A stretch of DNA of 64,000 bases from Mobula birostris (taxonomy: Eukaryota): assembly GCF_030028105.1 (NCBI RefSeq), contig NC_092377.1, positions 40,192,450 through 40,256,449 of the forward strand. Reading direction: 5' to 3'. Shown piece by piece: positions 51,335 through 64,000 of this stretch; the stretch's first letter is position 1, and every line of letters starts with the position of its first letter. The notes under the pieces are model-generated. The model searched no databases, was not told the DNA's origin, and worked only from the letters and a program-made list of their open reading frames with translations. The position numbers and the translations under genes are program-made.

Positions 51335-54300
51335 CCTGTGAAAACCTACTGTACATTCCCAAACCAAAAGCTATGGATGAACCAGGAGGTTTGTAGTCTG
51401 CTGAGGGCTAGATTTGTGGCATTTAGGTCTCGTAACCCAGGTCTCTACAAGAAAATCAGGTATGACTTGCGGAGGGCTATTTCAAGAGCCAAAAAAAACA
51501 ATTCTGGGAGAGGTTAGAGGCGAAATTGGACGTATGTCAATTCTGGCAGGGTTTACAGGCCATTACTTCCTACAAAGCAAAGCCCAACATCATGAATGGC
51601 TGTGATGCTTCACTCCAGATGAACTCAATGCCTTTTAAGCTTGCTTTGAAATGGAGAATAAAACCACAGCTATGAGGATCTCTGCAGAATCCGATGACCC
51701 TGTGATCGCTGTCTCAGAGGCAGAAGTCAGGTTGTCTTTCAAAAGGGTGAACTCTCGCAAGGCAGCAGGGCCAGATGGAGTACTTGATAAGGCTCTGAAA
51801 ACCTGTGCCAACCAACTGGCGGGAGTATTCAAAGACATTTTCAATTCTCATGCTACAGTCGGAAGTTCCCACCTGCTTCAAAAGAGCAACAATTATACCA
51901 GTGCCCAAGAAGAGCAGTGTGAGCTGTCTCAATGACTATTGTCCAGTAGTGCTCATATCTACAGTAATGAAGTGCTTTGAAAGGTTGGTCATGTCTAGAA
52001 TCAACACCCATCTCAGGGAGGATCTGGGCTCACTGTTATTTGCCTATCACCATAATAGGTGTACAGCAGACATGATCTCAATGGCTCTCCAGGTAGCCTT
52101 GGATTACCTGGACAATGCAAATACCTATATCAGGATGCTGTTTATTGACTATAACTCAGTGCTTAACACCATCATTCCTACAGTCCTGATCGATAAGCTA
52201 CAGAACCTAGGCCTCTGTACCCCCCTCTGCAATTGGATCCTCGACTTCCTAACCAGAAGACCACAATCTGTGTGGATTGGAAATAACATCTCCACCTCGC
52301 TGACGATCAACACTAGCACACCTCTGGGACGTGTGCTTAGCCCACTGCTCTACTGCGTGGCTAGGCATAACTCAAATGACATCTATAAATTTGCTGATGA
52401 TACTACCATTGTTGGCAGAATTTCAGATGATGATGAAAGGGCGTTCAGGAGCAAGATATACCAGATAGTTGAGTGGTGTCATATCAATAGCCTTGCACTC
52501 AACGTCAGCAAGACCAAAGAGCTGATTGTGAACTTCAGAAAGAGTAAGACGAACCAATACTCATAGAAGGATCAGAAGTGGAGAGAGTGAGCAATTTAAG
52601 TTCCTTGGTGTCAGTACCTTTGAGGACCTAACTTGGACACAACATATTGATGCAGCTGTAAAGAACAGCTGTATTTCATTGAGTGTTTGAGGAGACTCGG
52701 TGTGTCAACTAAAACACTCAAAAACTTTCACAAATGTACCGCAGAGAGCATTCTGACTGAGTGTGCCACCGTCTGGTATGGGGGAGGGGGGCTACTGCAC
52801 AAGATCGAAATAACTTGCAGAAACCTGTAAAATTAGTCAGCTCTATCATGGATACCAGCCTCCATAGTATCCAAGACATCTTCAAAGAGTGGTGCCTTAA
52901 AAAGGCAGTGTCCATCATTAAGGATTCCCACCACCCACGACATACCTTCTTCACACTGTTACTGTCAGAATCAGAATTAGGTTTATTATCACCAGCATGT
53001 GACATGAAATTTGTTAACTTAGCAGCAGCAGTTCCATGCAATATATAATATAGAAGAAGAAGAAGAATGAATGAATAAATAAATAAATAAATAAATTGTA
53101 GTATACATATATTGAATAGATTAAAAATCATACAAAACAGAAATAATATATATTTAAAAAGTGAGGCAGAGTTCAAGAGTTCAATGTCCATTTAGGAATC
53201 AGATGGCAGAGGGGAAGAAGCCGTTCCTGAATTGCTGAATGTGTGCCTTCAGGCTTCTGTATCTCCTGCCTGATGGTAACAGTGAGAAAAGGGCATGTCC
53301 TGGGTGCTGGAGGTCCTTAATAATGGACGCTGCCTTTCTGAGACACCATTCCTTGAAGATGTCCTAGGTACTTTGTAGGCTAGTGCCCAAGATGGAGCTG
53401 ACTAGATTTACAACCCTCTGCAGATTCTTTTGGTCCTGTGCAGTAGCCCCCCCAATACCAGACAGTGATGCAGCCTGTCAGAATGCTCTCCACAGTACAC
53501 CTATATAAGTTTTTGAGTGTATTTGTTGACATACCAAATCTCTTCAAACTCCTAATGAAGTTTACCCACTGTCTTGCCTTCTTTATAACTACATTGATAT
53601 GTTGGAACCAGATTAGATCCTCAGAGACCTTGACACCCAGGAACTTGAAACTGCTCACTCTCTCCACTTCTGATCCCTCTTTGAGGATTGGTGTGTGTTC
53701 CTTTATCTTACTATTCCTGAAGTCCACAATCAGCTCTTTTGTCTTACTGATGTTGAGTGCAAGGCTATTGCTGCAAAACCACTCCACTAGTTGGCATCTC
53801 TCGCTCCTGTACTCCCTCTCATCTCCATCTGAGTCTCTACCAACAATGGTTGCATCACCAGCAAATTTATAGATGGCATTTCAGCTATGCCTAGCCACAC
53901 AGTCATGTGTACAGAGAGAGTAGAGCAGCGGGCTAAGCACACACCCCCTGAGGTCGGGAAGGACGTACAGAAGCCTGAAGGCACACAGTGAACAATTCAG
54001 AGATAGCTTCTTCCCCTTTGCTATCCAATTTCTAAATGAGCATTGAACCCATGAACACTACCTCGCTACCTTTATTATTTCTGTTAGTTTGCATTGCTTA
54101 TTTTAACTTAACTACTTAGTGTTCCCTCGTCTCACCCTTCCTGAAATCCACAATCGGCTGTTTGGTCTTGCTGACATTGAGTGCAAGGTTGTTGCTACGG
54201 CACCACTCAACTAACTGGTATACTTAATGTAGCTCAGACTTTTTTCCTCTATATTTGTTTATCATGTATTTCATTGTACTGCTGCTGTAAAGTTAACAAA

Positions 54301-54345
54301 TTTCATGACATACTGTATGCCGGTGATATTAAATCCGATTCTGGA
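51335..54345 (+). mobile_element. Rex1/Babar-type LINE (RT remnant ORF 51805-52566), interrupted by 52966-53952
   Basis: FPNQKLWM, KAAGPDG, LNDYCPV, IDYNS..NTI, KFADDTTIVG, LNVSKTKELIV; ccgattctggatct tail. Confidence 0.9.
52966..53952 (-). mobile_element. Rex1/Babar-type LINE nested in opposite orientation
   Basis: agaatcagaattag tail; LNISKTKELIVDFR, FKFLGVKVSEDL; closely similar to 3859-4527. Confidence 0.9.
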
Positions 54346-57052
54346 TCTTTGGTTCGCTTCTGGTGAAGGTACTGTGTGTCCTGTACAAAAAGGACAGGTT
54401 ACTCTTGAACCCTAGGGTGGCCAATATCCTCAAGGGCAAGTTGCTAAAGCTGTTGTGGAGGGTATAAACTAATTTGACAGAGGTATGGCTGAGGATGGGG
54501 CACTTGATATACAAGCAGATACAGTGTGCAGTGAGACTGTGAGGAAGGCCAGGCTGATGATAAGGTAGAATTACAGTCAGTGGGATGAGTTGAAGCGCAA
54601 CATGGGAGCAAAATCGAAAAGGCAATGAATACAGGACCGAAGGTGTTATATTTGAATGCAGAGGTAAATGATCTTGTAACGCGGTTAGAGATTGGCAGGT
54701 ATGACATTGTGGGCGTCACTGAGTTGTGGCTGAAAGAAGATCATAGTTGGGAGCTTAACATCCAATGATACCCTTCGTATTGAAAGGACAGGCAGGTAGG
54801 CAGAGGGGATGGGGTGACTGTTGTTGGCAAAGAAAAAAGTGAAATCAAATCCTTAGAAAGAAGTGACATAGGATCAGAAGATATAGAACCCTTGTGGGTA
54901 GAGTTAAGAAACTGCAAAGGTAAAAAGACCCTGATAGGGATTATATACTCTACAAGCCACCAAACTGTAGCCAGGGGGTGAATACGAATTACAGCAAGGG
55001 ATTGAAAAGGCATGTAATAAGGGTAACGTTAGGATAGTCATGGGGGATTTCAATATGCAGATAGATTGAGAAAATAATGTTGGTGCTGGAACCCAAGAGA
55101 GGGAATTTGTAGAATGCCTATGAACTGGCTTTTGAGAGCAACTAGTAGTTGACTCCACTTGGGGAAAGACAATTCTGGATTAGGTGCTGCAGAATGAACC
55201 AAATTTGATTAGGAAGCTTTAGCTAAAGGAACACTTAGGAGGCAGTAATCATATTACGATAGAATTTACTCTGCAGTTTGAGAGGGAGAAGCTAAAGTCA
55301 GATGTGTCAGTATTGCAGTGGAATAGAGGGAATTACAGAGGCATGAGAGGGGAGCTGGCCATATTTGATGTTGTTTTCTTGGATTTTCAGGTGGCCTTTG
55401 ACAAGGTGCCACACATGAGACTGCCTAACCAGGTAAAAGCCCATGACATTAAAGGAAAGATACTGACTGGCAGGAGGTGAAGAGTGGGAATAAAGGGGGC
55501 CTTTATTGTTGGCTGCCAGTGACTAGTGGTGTTCCGCAGGAATCAATGTTGGGATCGCTTCTTTTCACATGATATGTCAACAATTTGGATGACAGAATTG
55601 ATGGCTTTGTGACCAAGTTTGCGAATGATATGAAGCTAGGCGGAGGAGCAAGTAGTGCTGAGGAAGCAGAGAATCTGAAGACTCTCCCAAATTCTGGGAG
55701 AAGTGGAAGATAAAATAGAATCATAACCTATTCTACAGGGATGTTGGAAATCGCTGGAGTTTAGAAGAACGCACTCAAAATGCTGGAGGAACTCAGCAGA
55801 TCAGGCAACATCTTTGGACACTTTGGGCCAAGACCCTTCTTTAGGACAGGAAAGGAAGGGAGAAGATGCCAGAACAAAAAAATGGGGGGAGGGGAAGGAG
55901 GATAGCTCGGAGGTGATAGGTGAAGCCAGGTGGGTGAGAAAGGTAAAACGCTGAAGAAGAAGGAATCTGATAAGAGTGGAGCGTGGATCATGGGAGAAAA
56001 TGAAGGAGGGGCACCGGTGAAGGTGATAGGCAGGTGATGAGAAGAAATCAGAGGCTAGAGTGGGGAATAGAAGAAGAGAGAAGGGGGAAGGAAAAATTAT
56101 CAGAAAGAGAAATCAATGTTCATGCCATTAGGTTAGAGGCTACACAGACAGAATATGAGGTGTTTCTCCTCCACCTTGAGAGTGGCCTCATCATGGCAGT
56201 AAAGAAGGTCATGGATCAACATGTTGGAATGGGAATGGGGATAGGAATTAAAATGGTTGGCCATAGTGTAAGGAAATGTATGGTCATGCACTTTGGTAGA
56301 AGAAATATAGACATAAACTATTTTCTAAGTTAGGAGGAAATTCAAAAATTAGAGGTGCAAAGGAACTTGGGAGTTTTTGTGCAGGATTTCTAAAGGTTAA
56401 TTTACAGGTTGAGTCGGTGGTATGGAATGCAAATACAATGTTAGCATTCATTTTGAGAGGGCTAGAATATAAACGCGAGGATGTAATGCTAAGAATTTAT
56501 AAGCCATTGGTCAGAACTCACCTGGAGCAGTTTTGGCCCTCTCATCTGAGAAAGAAAGTGCTGATGTTGGGGAGGGTCGAGAGGAGGTTAATGAGAATGA
56601 TTTCAGGAACGAAAGGGTTAACATATGAGGAGCATTGATGGCTCTGGGCCTGAACTCGCTGGAGTTTAGAAGAATGAGGGGGGATTTATTTGAAACCTAT
56701 TGAATATTGAAATGCCTAGATGGAGTGGATATGCAGAATATATTTCCTATCTAGGGAGAATGTAACACCAGAGAGCCCAGCCTCAGAGTAGAGGGACATC
56801 CATTTAGAACAGAGATGAGGAGGAATTTCTTTAGTCAGAGGGTAGTGAATCTGTGAAACTCAATGCCATAGATGGTTGTGGAGGCTGAGTCATTGGGTAT
56901 ATTTAAGACAGAGGTTGATAGATTCTTGATTAGTCAGGGTGACAAAAGGTACAGGAAGAAGGCAAGTGAATGGAGTTGAGAGTGATAATAATTCAGCCAT
57001 GATGGACTGGTAATGGGCTGAATGGCCTAAGATTATTTCTACGGCTTATGGT
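54346..57052 (+). mobile_element. CR1-type LINE (ORF1 end, EN, RT), internally deleted, hosting a PLE fragment
   Basis: atgggggatttcaat (MGDFN), gactagtggtgttccgcagg (TSGVPQ), LVRTHLEQFW, cttatggtctcat tail. Confidence 0.88.
55768..56263 (-). mobile_element. Penelope-like 3' fragment, hammerhead decayed
   Basis: aaaatgctggaggaactcagcag...gagaaatcaatgttcatgccattaggtt (antisense of PNGMNIDF). Confidence 0.82.
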
Positions 57053-57634
57053 CTCATTTTGTGTATGATGCCAGTTTAGGGGCCATGGATTAACAACAAT
57101 TTCTATTAATGTTATTCCCCTTGCCACTGCAAGAAAAACATAGAATAGAAGCCCTGTGGAAAGTGAATGCAAACCAGGGAGCAGCTTCAAAACTGGAATT
57201 TAACGGTATTTAGATGATGGTTATAAATTGCTTAACTTTTTGTACTGATGATCAATGATTTTGTTTGGATCCTTTAACTTGATTACAGTCCGTTCATTAC
57301 CCCCAGATATCCATTACCAGATTTGCTCATTGTTCTGTTGTAAATATATATGCAAACAGACAAGAGCCTTAGTTACTTTTTCTGACATGACTGAATTATA
57401 GTGCAGTTATATTTATTTAGTGTGCATTACTCAGCCACAAGGAGCATGTAGTCATACAGTCATTCTCCCCGTGGTCTTAGGGCTAGTGATTTTCATTGAC
57501 ACAGTTACAAAATGAGATTAATATGTGCTTAGCTTTCTACAAAAAAAAACACAAATAACCAATATATTAAAAATTTTAAAGTGTTATATTTTCTATGAAT
57601 TCACTACATCATTTATTATATTTCATTGGCATAG

Positions 57635-57943
57635 TTATTAGCACAGCAATAGGTCCTTTGACCCATTGAGTTCACCCTGACCATGTACACCAATCCTCTA
57701 CTGATCATATTTTATTCTCCAGCATGCTCAAGAACTCTCTCCAGATTCAGCTGCTCACTTGCACACCGGGGCAGCTTACATCCCATGCTTTTGGGATGTG
57801 GAAGGTAACCCAAACACCCGGAGGAAGCCCCACACAATCACAGCATGCAAACTCCACACAGATCACACAGTAAATCATGATTTAGCCTGTGGGTCACTGG
57901 AGCTTAGAGGCAGAAGTTCTAAAAGCTGAGCCACTGTGCTGCT
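57635..57943 (-). mobile_element. Old V-SINE-like SINE
   Basis: tttgggatgtggaagg...cacccggaggaagccc, tgcaaactccacacaga, gagccactgtgctgc. Confidence 0.7.
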
Positions 57944-58999
57944 GTTTTTTTGGTCTGGTATTATCTTCTGATTATGCTCTTAGGCCAAAGCAGATATACT
58001 GTCTGCAGATCAACAGGGCCGTAAAACCAATTCGGACACCAGCAAAACCCTGACTGACCCATTATATCATGTGTCAGCCAGAAGCTCCTCAATGATTATA
58101 GGAGATGAAGTTTCTGTCCACTCCATTGAGGATAAATTATAGACAAGATCTCACAGATCTCTGTTATGGATCTCACTGTTATAGGAAGCATACAGATGAA
58201 TGGAAATTACCTCCTTTCCACACTGGTAGGTCCCAGGTTAGCTTATGAGCCTGGGCAAGATGCAGAAAGGTGCTACACCTGTGGCTAATGTAATGGAGAT
58301 GGTCACCTAAGATCAAAGTGGTGCTTTCAACTAATTTACTTGCCATCCTGCTGACCATTAAAATGCTGGTAAAACTAGAACTGGAGCAGATAATCAAGTG
58401 CCTTCCTTGTGTAAGCACCTGGTTTGCAAGCTGCAGAAAATTAAGATGTCTCCAGGGGGTCCCCCTGTGGAAATATTCCAATGTTCGGCAAGTGGAGACA
58501 AATTGATAGTAATGCAAGTTCGCTCCCACTTCCAACTCCTGACCCTTTCTGCTGTACATCTGACTTCCTTTACATGGTTTTAATTTCACTGTTAGTGGAG
58601 CATTTACTGCCCCATGAATTCCCAAAGAGTTGGCCTAAATCATATTGTTTTAAACCTGTGTGAACCAGGTACACCTGCTAACAGCAAAGACTGCATGTGG
58701 ATTCCAGGGACCCGTTACAACTGAGGTGTAGAACATAAATCGGGTTTAACATCACAGTCACCAAGTACAGGCTCATGAAAGCAGGACTATTCCAGAGTGA
58801 TGTTGAGGAAGAGCAGTATAAAAGTTTAAGATGGATGCTGGTTCAAACCCCAGCTTTTCCAGTGTTAAAAGACCTTGGCTGAGTCAATATCATTGGCATT
58901 ATATTTTATTTCCTATTAGATTATAGGTCTGCCAGCCACAATAAGAATGTGGTTGATACCACATGATAGGAATATGGTTGGGCACTGCCTTCCTAGCAA

Positions 59000-59102
59000 T
59001 CAGGACATCCTCAGAAGGCAATCCACCATCATTAAGAATCCCCATGGCCATGACAAGCTCTCGTCATATTACTATCATCAGAAAGGAGGTACAGGAGCTT
59101 GA

Positions 59103-59143
<41 letters not shown>

Positions 59144-59825
59144 TGAGAGCATCCTGACTGGCTGCATCACTGCCTGGTTTGGGAACTGTACTTCTTTCAA
59201 TTGCAGGACTCTACAGAGAGTGGTGCGGACATCTGCAGGTGTGAACTTCCCACTATTCAAGACATTTACAGTGACAGGTGTGTAAAAAGGGCCTGAAGGA
59301 TCATTAGTTACCCCAACCACACACTGTTCCAGCTGCTACCATCCAGGAAACAGTACCACAATACTAAATCCAGGACAGCTTCTTCTGCCAGGCCATCAGA
59401 CTCATTAATTTACGTTGACACAATTGTATTTCAAAGCTATATTGTCTTTTCTGTTGTATACCTTACTGAACATACTATTTATTACAAATTACTGTAATTT
59501 GCACATTCAGATGGAGACATAATGTAATGATTTTTACTTCTCTTGTAGGTGAAGGATCTAAGAAATAGTCAATTCATTCATACAATTCATACACCACATC
59601 AATTTAAGTACAGCTTCTTCCCCTCTGCCATCAAATTTATGAACGGACAATGAAGCGACCTATGACCTCTACTTCACTCTTTTTGCTCATTCTGCACTAG
59701 CTATTTAATTTTTGTTTATATATTTTTTATTGTAATTTATAGTTTTTATACATTGCGCTGTACTGCTGCTTCAAAACAACAAATTTCACAATATATATCA
59801 ATGATTCTAAAGCTGATTCTGATTG
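59000..59825 (+). mobile_element. Two nested Rex1-type 3' fragments (inner about 59141-59588)
   Basis: Inner copy colinear with 39141-39590; outer copy ends in ctgattctgatt. Confidence 0.8.
59105..59140. repeat. (AC)18 microsatellite
   Basis: Direct reading. Confidence 0.97.
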
Positions 59826-62039
59826 TGATATACAGAGACACACACTGTACTCAAGGGAAACAAGCTGACATGGAGCTTTCATTCAGTATCAGTGAATAAT
59901 GCATCTGATGGCAGGCACAAGCAGCGCAGAGTGCCCGACTGGTTCCTCCTTACTGGTTAACAGCTTCACGTAACATTGCTAGGCTTTCCTGTTGTTGTCC
60001 TGAATCAGAGAAAGTTCAAGATATTCAGAGACACAGAAGATTGCAGATGATAGAATCTGGAGCAAAAAAACAACACACTGCTGGAGGAAATGAGCCAATT
60101 TTATCTCACTGAGCGATAAAGGTCCAAAGGGACAGAAAAATTAATGGCAATGTAAATTCAGAAAGTAATATTCAGACTATAAATCTGTCCTTGAGAATCC
60201 ACAAGTGCGTTTAACAATAGTTATGTTGCTTATAATGTGAGTGTTTATGAGCTATCCATTGGTGAAAACACCACAAGCAATCCATGGTATATTGAGACTG
60301 CTCCACTGCGTACTGGCGAAATAACATTGTTGAGAAGGCAGCCGCCAACCGCTTTGGGTGGACTGATAGAGTCCAATGCTAGTATACAAAGTCTGTGGAA
60401 TAAACAGGAGTGATTTCAATGATGGCTTGTTTATATTGCACTGGTCCGGTTTTCCAGTTCGGGAGCAGATTATGATGTGTTGACATGTTCTGCCTAAAGG
60501 GCAGATATTGCTCAGTCACAGACTAGGTGTAATTAATGTGTATCTGCATTCACATTATAAACACATCCAATGTTTATAGAACAACCTAAACGGTCTTTTC
60601 AAGTATGGCTGAGATCCAGAACAGTGTTTAATAGTTAAGACATTTATACTAAAGGTTTACAAAAACATGCCCACAAGCATGAATTATAATAGCATCACCT
60701 CAAAGGCAACCAATGTGATGATTTAATGGAAGGCACCAAAATTAGTGTTCAATTTGCTGCAATTATAATGCTGTGGATACTTTTTGGGAATGTGTTTATT
60801 TTTCACTTTTGCAATTCGTCTCTTTCTCTCCACTTGTAATTTGTTCTCAATTAAACTGCATCTGCAGCTTTCATCGTACTGGCAGAAGACTGGCTCCTTA
60901 AATCATTGATTGCATGTAACTGGAGCTGATACATTCCATAGCTGTTGAATGCATGGATATGATTGAATAGAGATAATAGAAAGCCCTTCTTAGGTATCAG
61001 TGCAATGACAGAGATATCCAAGAGGAGTACTGTAATAGACAAGCAGATGTGAGAGCAAATCCTTTACATCTGAAATTAGGATTTATTTCCTAATACTTAA
61101 AAACATGTCTCTTTCATCTAATGGCTATTGAAATTTCTAACACATAGCTCTAAATTCTAGATTCCACACCTGGGGTGACAACCTTTCCAGCAGATAATCT
61201 GTCAGCCTGCATCAGAATCTCATTTGTCTCAAAATGACCATCTCTCAGTCTTCTAAATTTCGGTAAAGACAATTCCAACCTGCTTAACCTTCCAGAAGAC
61301 AACCTTTTTACCCCAGCAATTAATACCTGGTCTAGGAAGCAGCAGGTAACAAAGGTAAGCTGCCTAGTGGTCCACAATTCTTCCCATGGTCCTCAAAAAA
61401 TCTAATTCCTGGTCAGGGGAACCTTATGGGTTACTTGAGACAGGTTAAATGTAGTTTCCTTTCTTTGCTGAATTCATACTGCCCTACTTCCTAAATAGAT
61501 CTTCTGTTCTTGCATTTTTCTCCAAGAGTTTGACCATTCAAAAGATTTAGCATCTACTGGAGATTTAATAGGGGCAGAAAATTAGTGAGTGATTGACATC
61601 AGGAAGTAACAAACTGCCAAGATCTGGTTTGTAAATTATCCATTCCACTCCAATGCCAAATCCTAATGACTTGAACAACAGTAAATGAGTAACCTTTTAA
61701 ATGCAGAATCAGACAAGATCAGTCAATTTGTAAAACCAGAACAAGAATACAGTTTAGGTTATTCATGAAGTTCCTTCTGTTACAGCTGCTGCATTTGCGA
61801 TGAGTAATGTACAGAATTAAAATGGTCATTGGTGGATTTTCTGTGGAAACTGGGGGGAAAGTTAATTCATACTCAGATGTGTCATACCTATGGGACAGAT
61901 AGAATTAAAACCAGTGGTCTGGTCCCAGAATCCATTTGCAACAACGTTGTCATAAATATTCAACTTAACTGCTCAAAATGAAATTTAATCATAACAGCAT
62001 GTCTCCTTTAATTCAAGCTTAGTTACAATTTCTTCTCTG

Positions 62040-62400
62040 AGTATCGTCACTATGTCGAATTGGAGAGGCTTGTGAGTTCCTGAGATCCCTAAAGCGTTGC
62101 CATCTGAAGTTTAGCTATCTGATGCTTAGCTCGTGGTAGGGTCACCCATGATGGTAAGATTAAGGGGGAGGTCCCAGACAAACAGGGATCCATCTAAGAT
62201 CTCAATGGTGGAAATGACAGAAGATATGACATATCACAATGTCATCTTGCATTCCATGTCACTGGACCCTGACCCGATCTATAAAGGACCTTATAGTGTA
62301 TGCCCATGCATCAGCCTCCTCATGTTAAACAAAGGTACGCACAGGCGTTCTCCATTCAGGGAATGGACTGACAATACCTTAGGAGAACTTTATACTTGAC
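62040..62400 (+). mobile_element. RTE (Rex3/Expander-like) 5' UTR-derived remnant
   Basis: tggagaggcttg...ggtagggtcacccatg...ggtcccagacaaa resembles fish RTE 5' UTRs. Confidence 0.55.
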
Positions 62401-63694
62401 TTGAGTGATCACACTACTACTATAATTTGGTTGTAGGTGTTGTTTAAAAAAGAAATATATAAAATTTCTTGGAAGTGCTCATTATAGTTCCTGCAGTATT
62501 CAGTTTCAACTCCTATTTTAAATTAGATTACTTACAATAGCTGTGTGCCACATCCTACACTCCAGCAAAGTTGGCAGGCTCCATTCTCATATTAGGTATT
62601 AAAGGAAGCGTGTATTTAGTGTAAAATTTAGCTCTGCTTATCAATGTACCTGATTGCATCCAATTCTTACATTGTGACACGGCTCGGAGGATTTTTAAAT
62701 CGAGTTTTTGAGAAGAAATTAGTGTGTTTATACTTTATGTCTTTTTTGGAAGCTTTGCTGCTGTATTGGATATTTGGAACTTCTGGCTGCCTCTCATCTG
62801 TATGCTGCCATAAAAAATCACAGAAATGGAGCAAACATGCATAATATTCCTTTCTGAGAAATGAATAAACATGCTGACACTGTCCAAATATCAGAACAGC
62901 AGACAGCTGGCAGATCAACTGGAACAGATCACCACTTCTGCAGGGCTGTCTTTTCTGAAAAGAACCATATCTGTAGATTGTCTGTTGGTTGTAAGTTGTT
63001 AATCACCTCACAATATGCTTTGATGGCATTAGTCATGGGTGGGTTACTGGGTCATCACTTTATCTCATCTTTATTTCACTAATCTTACTAATCACCAATA
63101 TATCTCAAACTTTTTTTTAGGAAATTGCTGGGTTTGAAATTCTCAAATATAAGGCAGAGGCACTGCCTTCAGTGGCTACCATTGTCCCTTCTTGCTCCCT
63201 GCTGTGTAAGCATTCTTTTGTATTGAAGGGTCAGGGTTCAACCTCCACCTTGGGATTTGCCTATCCAGGACAGTATGGAGAAAGCCGAGGGTTACCAATC
63301 AAAGAAGTCGTACATAGAACACCGAATAGAATTGCAGAGTAAAAGGCCCTTCAGCCCATAACGGCTGTGCCAACCATAATGCCAACTCATTCTTCGCAGC
63401 TATCCACACATGGTTTATATTCCTCCATCCCTCGCATGGTCATGTGCCTTCTAAATTTAACCTAATATGGTATGATATCAATAGCCAGAGTGAGTCCGTG
63501 AAGTAAATCTAGATAGATTTATACTTAATGTTGAATACTATCTTTCAGTCGCTTTCACAACCAAGCTAGTAACTGAAAGATAATTCATTTTCTTTCCCTT
63601 TCATGTATGCTTTGTCAGCTTTTTTTTTTACATCCGCCCTGTTTCATTTAGTGCTAATTTAATACCCTACCGATGGAATAAGGCTAAGAATATT

Positions 63695-63878
63695 AAACAT
63701 AGAAACATAGAAAATAGGTGCAGGAGTAGGCCATTCGGCCCTTCGAGCCTGCACCGCCATTTATTATGATCATGGCTGATCATCCAACTCAGAACACCGC
63801 CCCAGCCTTCCCTCCATACCCCCTGACCCCCGTAGCCACAAGGGCCATATCTAACTCCCTCTTAAATATAGCCAATGA
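63695..63878 (-). mobile_element. Young CR1-type 3' end fragment
   Basis: aaacatagaaacatagaaaataggtgcaggagtaggccattcggccc; CpGs retained. Confidence 0.85.
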
Positions 63879-64000
63879 AAATATATCTTATGAAGAGTAA
63901 CAAATCCTAGATTCCCAGTGTCCATAATCTCTTCTTCTGGCAACTCACTGCCTCCTCTGTTCCTTGCACTGTAGAAATATGCTCAAAACCATTCTGAAAT

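Noticed and set aside
58179-58625. 148-aa minus-strand ORF
   Set aside because: No recognisable motif or exon boundaries; cannot be supported without homology or RNA data.
1-64000. CRISPR arrays, operons or other prokaryotic systems
   Set aside because: No regularly spaced repeat-spacer array or gene-dense structure; the sequence is vertebrate retroelement-rich DNA.

Overview
Eukaryotic, repeat-rich, apparently non-genic (intronic or intergenic) vertebrate DNA. The repeat families suggest a cartilaginous fish, probably a ray; this is inference, not a database result. I found no host protein-coding exon I can support. Roughly half of the window is nested retroelement debris: CR1-type LINEs, Rex1/Babar-type LINEs, tRNA-derived V-SINE-like SINEs, RTE-like 5' UTR remnants, one internally deleted Gypsy LTR element with a perfect tRNA-Leu primer-binding site (PBS), and at least 8 Penelope-like element (PLE) insertions. 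One PLE (16931-19316) keeps an uninterrupted 659-codon RT + GIY-YIG frame. The PLE 3' pseudo-LTRs (pLTRs) carry minimal type I hammerhead ribozymes (CUGAnGA...GAAAC-GUC, palindromic ACGU helix III). The most unusual object is a 235-bp insertion (7704-7938) flanked by a 14-bp target-site duplication (TSD). It is a spacer-less palindrome with 98-bp arms, made of two head-to-head hammerhead-plus-tail units. Related inverted PLE-end structures recur at 6478, 27317 and possibly 48318. Boundaries of old repeats are approximate (tens of bp) and family names come from motif recognition only.
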